Origin: a virus | Virus record (IMG/VR): IMGVR_UViG_3300036792_000176 | Span: 1-64,000 of that record | Strand: one strand, 5' to 3' | DNA: 64,000 bases | Part shown: in pieces, positions 59,753 to 64,000 of the stretch | Layout of the letters: each line of letters begins with the position of its first letter | Position numbering within the stretch: the stretch's first letter is position 1 | The notes under the pieces: model-generated | What the model was told of the DNA's origin: nothing | Database searches by the model: none | The model's input: the letters and a program-made list of their open reading frames with translations, nothing else | Program-made: the position numbers and the translations under genes

Positions 59753-60653
59753 CACAGGCAAAGAAGTCGCCCGCTTCGCTGATGTGGCGATGTACCGCGC
59801 GCAGCACAACGAGATGGCAGACCGTGGAGAGGAGGTCGTGCCCAGGGTATACCTCGTTGCCATGACGCCCAACCCCCTTCGCGTAATGGCGGCCGCTGCG
59901 GAGCTGTACGCTGGACGAGTGGTGACCGACCCGGAGGACATCAGCCGAGAGACAGCGCTCAAATGGTTCGGCGACATGACGCGAACCGCTCTGCAGGCCC
60001 CTCTGGAATTCATCGATCTCCACTTCATGTTCGAGGGCGTGACCCGCGCCTTTACCCACCAGCTCGTGCGGCAGCGTACCGCTGTGTACGTTCAGGAGAG
60101 CCAGCGCTTCGCTGTCAAGGACAACGCTATGCTCGAGGTGTCATACCCTCCGTCCATAGCTAAGCTGAACGATGACCACCCAATGCGCGTCGTCTGGGAC
60201 AAGGCCGTAAGCGAAAACTCCTGGGCGTACAACGCCATGGTCGAGGGCGGAATACCGGCTGAGGATGCCCGCGGTCTTCTGCCCACGAACATCACGACAA
60301 GGGTCCACTACAAGACCAACCTGCGCAACCTCGCTGAGCACGCTGGCATGCGCCTATGCTCGCAGGCCCAGTACGAGTGGAAGCAGGTCTGGTTCGGGAT
60401 TCTCGAGGCCATCAACGAGTACGGTCCAGACGATCAGCGGTGGCAGCAGAAGCGTATCGCAAGCCTGTTCCGTCCAATCTGCTATCGCACCGGTAACTGC
60501 GAGTTCCGGGCAGAGACGGACCGGTTCTGCGCAATCCGCGAGCGCGTTATGGCGCATCACGCCCGTGGCGAGGGGCCACAGACGTGGGTCGACATCGACT
60601 CCAGGGAAGCTCTGCGAGAGGGCGCGGCGCGGCTAGCGCCCGACATGACGTGA
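59736..60653 (+). CDS. thyX: Flavin-dependent thymidylate synthase-like protein
   Basis: PLEF, GV.RA..HQLVRQR....QESQR, G.P.EDAR.LLP, NLR.L, R.C..AQ.E. Confidence 0.9.
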   Translation: MSQDRNTGKEVARFADVAMYRAQHNEMADRGEEVVPRVYLVAMTPNPLRVMAAAAELYAGRVVTDPEDISRETALKWFGDMTRTALQAPLEFIDLHFMFEGVTRAFTHQLVRQRTAVYVQESQRFAVKDNAMLEVSYPPSIAKLNDDHPMRVVWDKAVSENSWAYNAMVEGGIPAEDARGLLPTNITTRVHYKTNLRNLAEHAGMRLCSQAQYEWKQVWFGILEAINEYGPDDQRWQQKRIASLFRPICYRTGNCEFRAETDRFCAIRERVMAHHARGEGPQTWVDIDSREALREGAARLAPDMT

Positions 60654-61652
60654 GCAGCAACTACCGACTCATATGCATGTCGCATCACCCCGCAATAACT
60701 GTAGGCGACGACATGGTTATAGATACAGCCATCAGGTCGTGGGAGAAAGGTGACGACCGGATAGTCGGCCACGAGAATTGCGATCTCATGGTGGGACAGT
60801 TCTCGTACCCTCTCGTGAGCGTAGGCTGCTTCGGTATGAGCATGCCGAACTCAGGTTGCAAGGGGCATCATCCGAACATAGCATGGATGGACACGGAGTG
60901 GCTGCGAGTCCTCTCTTATGTGATGGTTATCGATGACGAGACCGAGGGTATGCTACGCCCATTCGTGAATGGCTGCTGGACGCCAAGAAGAATGGATAGG
61001 CTTCAAAATCTCCTCAAGAGGCAGTGATGGCAAAGCTTACCAGGTGGGGATTTGCAGATGCACTGGTAAGGGCTGGCGTGTTCTCGAAAGATCAGATTAA
61101 TGACATAAGAAGGGTGGTGATAGACTGCCCTTTTAATGACAACCCGGTCATGTACGTAGAGATGTCCACATCCCCGAAGGTTATGGACGTATTCCTGTCC
61201 CTAGATGGCATCAAGATAGTCGGTATCCCAACGGAGGACATTCCGGGTGAGCCAGAAGGAATCGACATACGAGCCGCACGGCCTGAGCAGGGTGCTGAGG
61301 CACCTTCTGAATAAGCACGGGTATGAGGGCATAATCAGTTGTCTGAATAACCTGATGGACAATCCGACGGAACGTTACCTATCGCTATGGCCAGAGGAGG
61401 CGAAAACATATGCCGCAGCTAGAACCAGAAGAGAAGGCTTCAAAGCAATCAATGCCAGCTGGCGGAAAGATCGAACACTTCGCTCTTGAGGCCCGTCTGT
61501 ATGTCGAGCTAGATGGTCCGGGCTCACACTCTGATGCAGTCAGGCAAGTAGAGGACAGGCTGTCTCTGGTCATGTATAAGGACGACCCCTCGGTAAGCGG
61601 CCCAAAGATACGTGTCATAAAAATCGAAGAGGTAAGGACCAGAAGGACTTGA
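60650..61652 (+). CDS. Small hypothetical genes (~60650-61027, 61024-61314, 61247-61489, ~61452-61652)
   Basis: Coupled ORFs; starts uncertain. Confidence 0.45.
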
Positions 61653-62314
61653 GCAAGATGGACGAGAAAGAACTGTTCATATCGATTGACATCGAGACTG
61701 ATGGCCCCTCCCCCGGGCTGAACAGCATGCTATCCCTCGGGGCAGTAGCATTCACGATGGACACCATCGTGGTGGACAGGTTGTATTCATTCTCGAGGAA
61801 CATCCTACCGATAGATGGAGCATTCGAGGACGCCGATACCATGGACTGGTGGGACACCCAGGGAGATGCCTGGGAAATGTGCCACAAGGACCAGGTAGAT
61901 GCCGTCGACGCAATCGGAGAATTCGCTGGGTGGCTCGAGGACCTATCCGCGTACGGTAAGCTAGTAGCGGTAGCGTGGCCAGCTGGCTTCGACTTCACAT
62001 TCGTTAACTGGTACATGCACCAGTTCTACGGAAAGAACCCCCTCGGATTCGCATGCATGGACATCCGCAGCTACGCGAACGGCCTGTTCGCTGTATCCGG
62101 GTACTACGAGAAGATACCGGAAGGTGATCTGTACAAGATATTCAGCGTCAAGCTGGATGACATAAAGCCACACGTAGCAGTAGACGATGCTCTGCGACAG
62201 GGTCGCCTCCTCCACTCTCTCCTCCAGTACGCCGAGGACCTCAGGCGTAACCCGACAGAGGCTAGGGCCTGGCTGAACACAATGGCACGGGCTAACGGAA
62301 CAGGCTTGGAGTAA
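61649..62314 (+). CDS. DEDD 3'-5' exonuclease
   Basis: ISIDIETDG, FDF.F, DI.S, H.A.DDA..Q. Confidence 0.85.
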   Translation: MSKMDEKELFISIDIETDGPSPGLNSMLSLGAVAFTMDTIVVDRLYSFSRNILPIDGAFEDADTMDWWDTQGDAWEMCHKDQVDAVDAIGEFAGWLEDLSAYGKLVAVAWPAGFDFTFVNWYMHQFYGKNPLGFACMDIRSYANGLFAVSGYYEKIPEGDLYKIFSVKLDDIKPHVAVDDALRQGRLLHSLLQYAEDLRRNPTEARAWLNTMARANGTGLE

Positions 62315-63033
62315 TGGCCGAGCCATGCTGTGCCGAGGGTGCATGCTGTTGCATGTCCAACAATAGCGAAAAGGCATGCTTCTGCGTACACAGGAGGATA
62401 GTTACCTCGCAGAGGATCTTCGGCCTGCAGGATATATCAGTAGACATCCCGCTAACCCTGTACCCGGGCGCATTCACGAGATTGTCAGCAATGGGAGAAC
62501 GAGTGACCGAGCACAGCCACCCCCAAACCCTGGAAGCGCATTTCCAGATTGCAATGCTAAAGAACATGGAGTTCGGGAACACCGCTCCGGTTCGTGACGG
62601 CCGATATGTTCAGCTGGGTGCTGGCAAGAAGTTCATCAGGAACTGGGTGAACCTGGACTACCCCGAGTGGGACGCCGAGAAGATGCCGCTGCCGTTCGCT
62701 GACGAGGAAGTAGACGGCATCGCTAGCTACCACACCCTCGACCATATCAAGGCGGTCATCCCTCTCCTCGCGGAGATCCAGCGGGTGCTAGTGCCGGGCG
62801 GATGGTTCGTAAACATCGTGCCGCACTACGACTCGGAGCTATGGCACTCCGACCTTACCCACGTCAGCCAGTTTGGCACCGAGACGTGGCGCAGTATCTT
62901 CAGCACGAGGCACTACAACCACGATGCCGTCGAGGGCCACACAGACTGGCACATGAAGATCAAGTTCAACATGGTGATGGCGGTGACCGAGCGGAACGCC
63001 GTTCTGGTTACAAAGCTAGTCAAGGAGGATTAG
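62314..63033 (+). CDS. Class I SAM-dependent methyltransferase domain protein
   Basis: LGAG....NW.NLD, LPF.D..VD.I...H.L.H, EI.RVL.PGG. Confidence 0.8.
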   Translation: MAEPCCAEGACCCMSNNSEKACFCVHRRIVTSQRIFGLQDISVDIPLTLYPGAFTRLSAMGERVTEHSHPQTLEAHFQIAMLKNMEFGNTAPVRDGRYVQLGAGKKFIRNWVNLDYPEWDAEKMPLPFADEEVDGIASYHTLDHIKAVIPLLAEIQRVLVPGGWFVNIVPHYDSELWHSDLTHVSQFGTETWRSIFSTRHYNHDAVEGHTDWHMKIKFNMVMAVTERNAVLVTKLVKED

Positions 63034-63034
63034 A

Positions 63035-63541
63035 GTGACTGAGATGGATGACCGAACGATGCAACCAGGACAGCACGAAAGAGGAGGTATCCTGGCAAAC
63101 TTCCATAACGAGGGAAGAAGGAGAGAGGCGGAAAGAGTCGCTCACGACCCGCTATCGGGCGGCAATGTAGGTGTTCCTGCTTTCGAGGACAGCATTGCCA
63201 TTCGCGCCGCCAAACAGTTCATGGATGAGTGCGGCCTAGTGCCAACACCGGATGCCACGGGACAACTGGTGGAGGTGTTCCTCCCGTGCCTTGCGATCAT
63301 GTGCCAGCGTGGCTACGACCCTAACGGAGGCACCTGGCGAAAGTCTGGCCGTCTCGGCGCGCTATCAGACGTCAGGAAGAAGTTCGAGCGTCTGTGGGAG
63401 CGTATGTGGATCAATGGAAAGCGTCACGATGACTCGGCGTTCGATCTCATCAACTTCACCGGCTTTCTTCTGCGCTCTGAAAGGGAAGGGTTCGGGGAAT
63501 GGGGAACCCCTAACCTGGACGGCCTTATGCTCGAGGAGTAA
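63035..63541 (+). CDS. Nmad1/DUF1599-like (MazG-related) nucleotide-modification-associated protein
   Basis: W...G..G...D..KK..RL.......DD...DLIN(F/Y). Confidence 0.55.
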   Translation: MTEMDDRTMQPGQHERGGILANFHNEGRRREAERVAHDPLSGGNVGVPAFEDSIAIRAAKQFMDECGLVPTPDATGQLVEVFLPCLAIMCQRGYDPNGGTWRKSGRLGALSDVRKKFERLWERMWINGKRHDDSAFDLINFTGFLLRSEREGFGEWGTPNLDGLMLEE

Positions 63542-63543
63542 CT

Positions 63544-63810
63544 ATGTCTCATATCATTCTGGCGGCAGCGATACTCGTTGTCCTGGGGGTATTCTTGTTC
63601 GCTACCCTCACGCGAGCGATGTCGCGCTCTGGTCTAACTGTCATTACGAGCGGGGACCCGGACTACAAGATGGTCCTGTGTACCGCAAAGGGGTGCAAGG
63701 ACGGGTACATAGTCCTCCGCGGAAGCCATGACATGGTCAGCGCCAATCTGTTCCCGTGCGCGATATGCCATGGAACAGGCCATGTCATGAGGAAGGTGAC
63801 GAATGCCTAG
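63544..63810 (+). CDS. Small membrane-anchored protein with DnaJ-like Cys motif
   Basis: N-terminal TM; C...C.DG, C..C.GTG. Confidence 0.55.
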   Translation: MSHIILAAAILVVLGVFLFATLTRAMSRSGLTVITSGDPDYKMVLCTAKGCKDGYIVLRGSHDMVSANLFPCAICHGTGHVMRKVTNA

Positions 63811-64000
63811 TAGTCCTGAGGACGAGCTGAGGGAAGCTACGATCGGACTCGCCAACTCGTACAACTACGTGTGCTCGTTCGGCAATGCGGACGATTACGT
63901 GAATGAGGAGAACATAACAACCAACACATTCAAGTTCACTCACGATGGCAAGATGTTCAGGGCTACCGTAGTGAAGGAGGGGGATGGTAAAGAAGAAGAA
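63803..64000 (+). CDS. Hypothetical protein (runs off window edge)
   Basis: MPSSPEDELREATIG... open to end of window. Confidence 0.5.
   Translation, partial: MPSSPEDELREATIGLANSYNYVCSFGNADDYVNEENITTNTFKFTHDGKMFRATVVKEGDGKEEE

Overview
A 64-kb internal segment of a large, high-GC tailed dsDNA phage, most likely of an actinobacterial host (inferred from GC content, leaderless TANNNT promoters, ricin-type lectin genes and an actinobacterial-style boxA). Left arm (1-16.4 kb, minus strand): packaging and head module with candidate terminase small subunit, terminase large subunit, HK97-type portal, His-rich ClpP prohead protease, major capsid protein, three paralogous putative decoration proteins and a truncated head-tail adaptor. 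A non-coding switch region at 16.9-17.75 kb carries ~50-bp repeats and may be the genome end. Right arm (plus strand): many small early genes, a probable origin at 25.3-25.7 kb, then replication/recombination genes (prim-pol/AAA helicase, RuvC-like resolvase, SNF2 helicase, ParB-like protein, PD-(D/E)XK nuclease, Sak4-like ATPase, SSB), tRNAs and tRNA-like RNAs, and a nucleotide-metabolism cluster (FAD oxidoreductase, variant HIT, ThyX, DEDD exonuclease, methyltransferase, Nmad1/MazG-like). The strongest unexplained signal is a set of islands lacking CA/TG dinucleotides. They cover a family of promoters whose -35 box is TAGC rather than TTG, recode parts of two disordered proteins, and in the first early transcript become strand-specific (no CA on the coding strand). 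With the enzyme cluster, this suggests an undescribed TG/CA-context DNA modification with unmodified functional islands; this is inference. No integrase, tail module or CRISPR array was seen.
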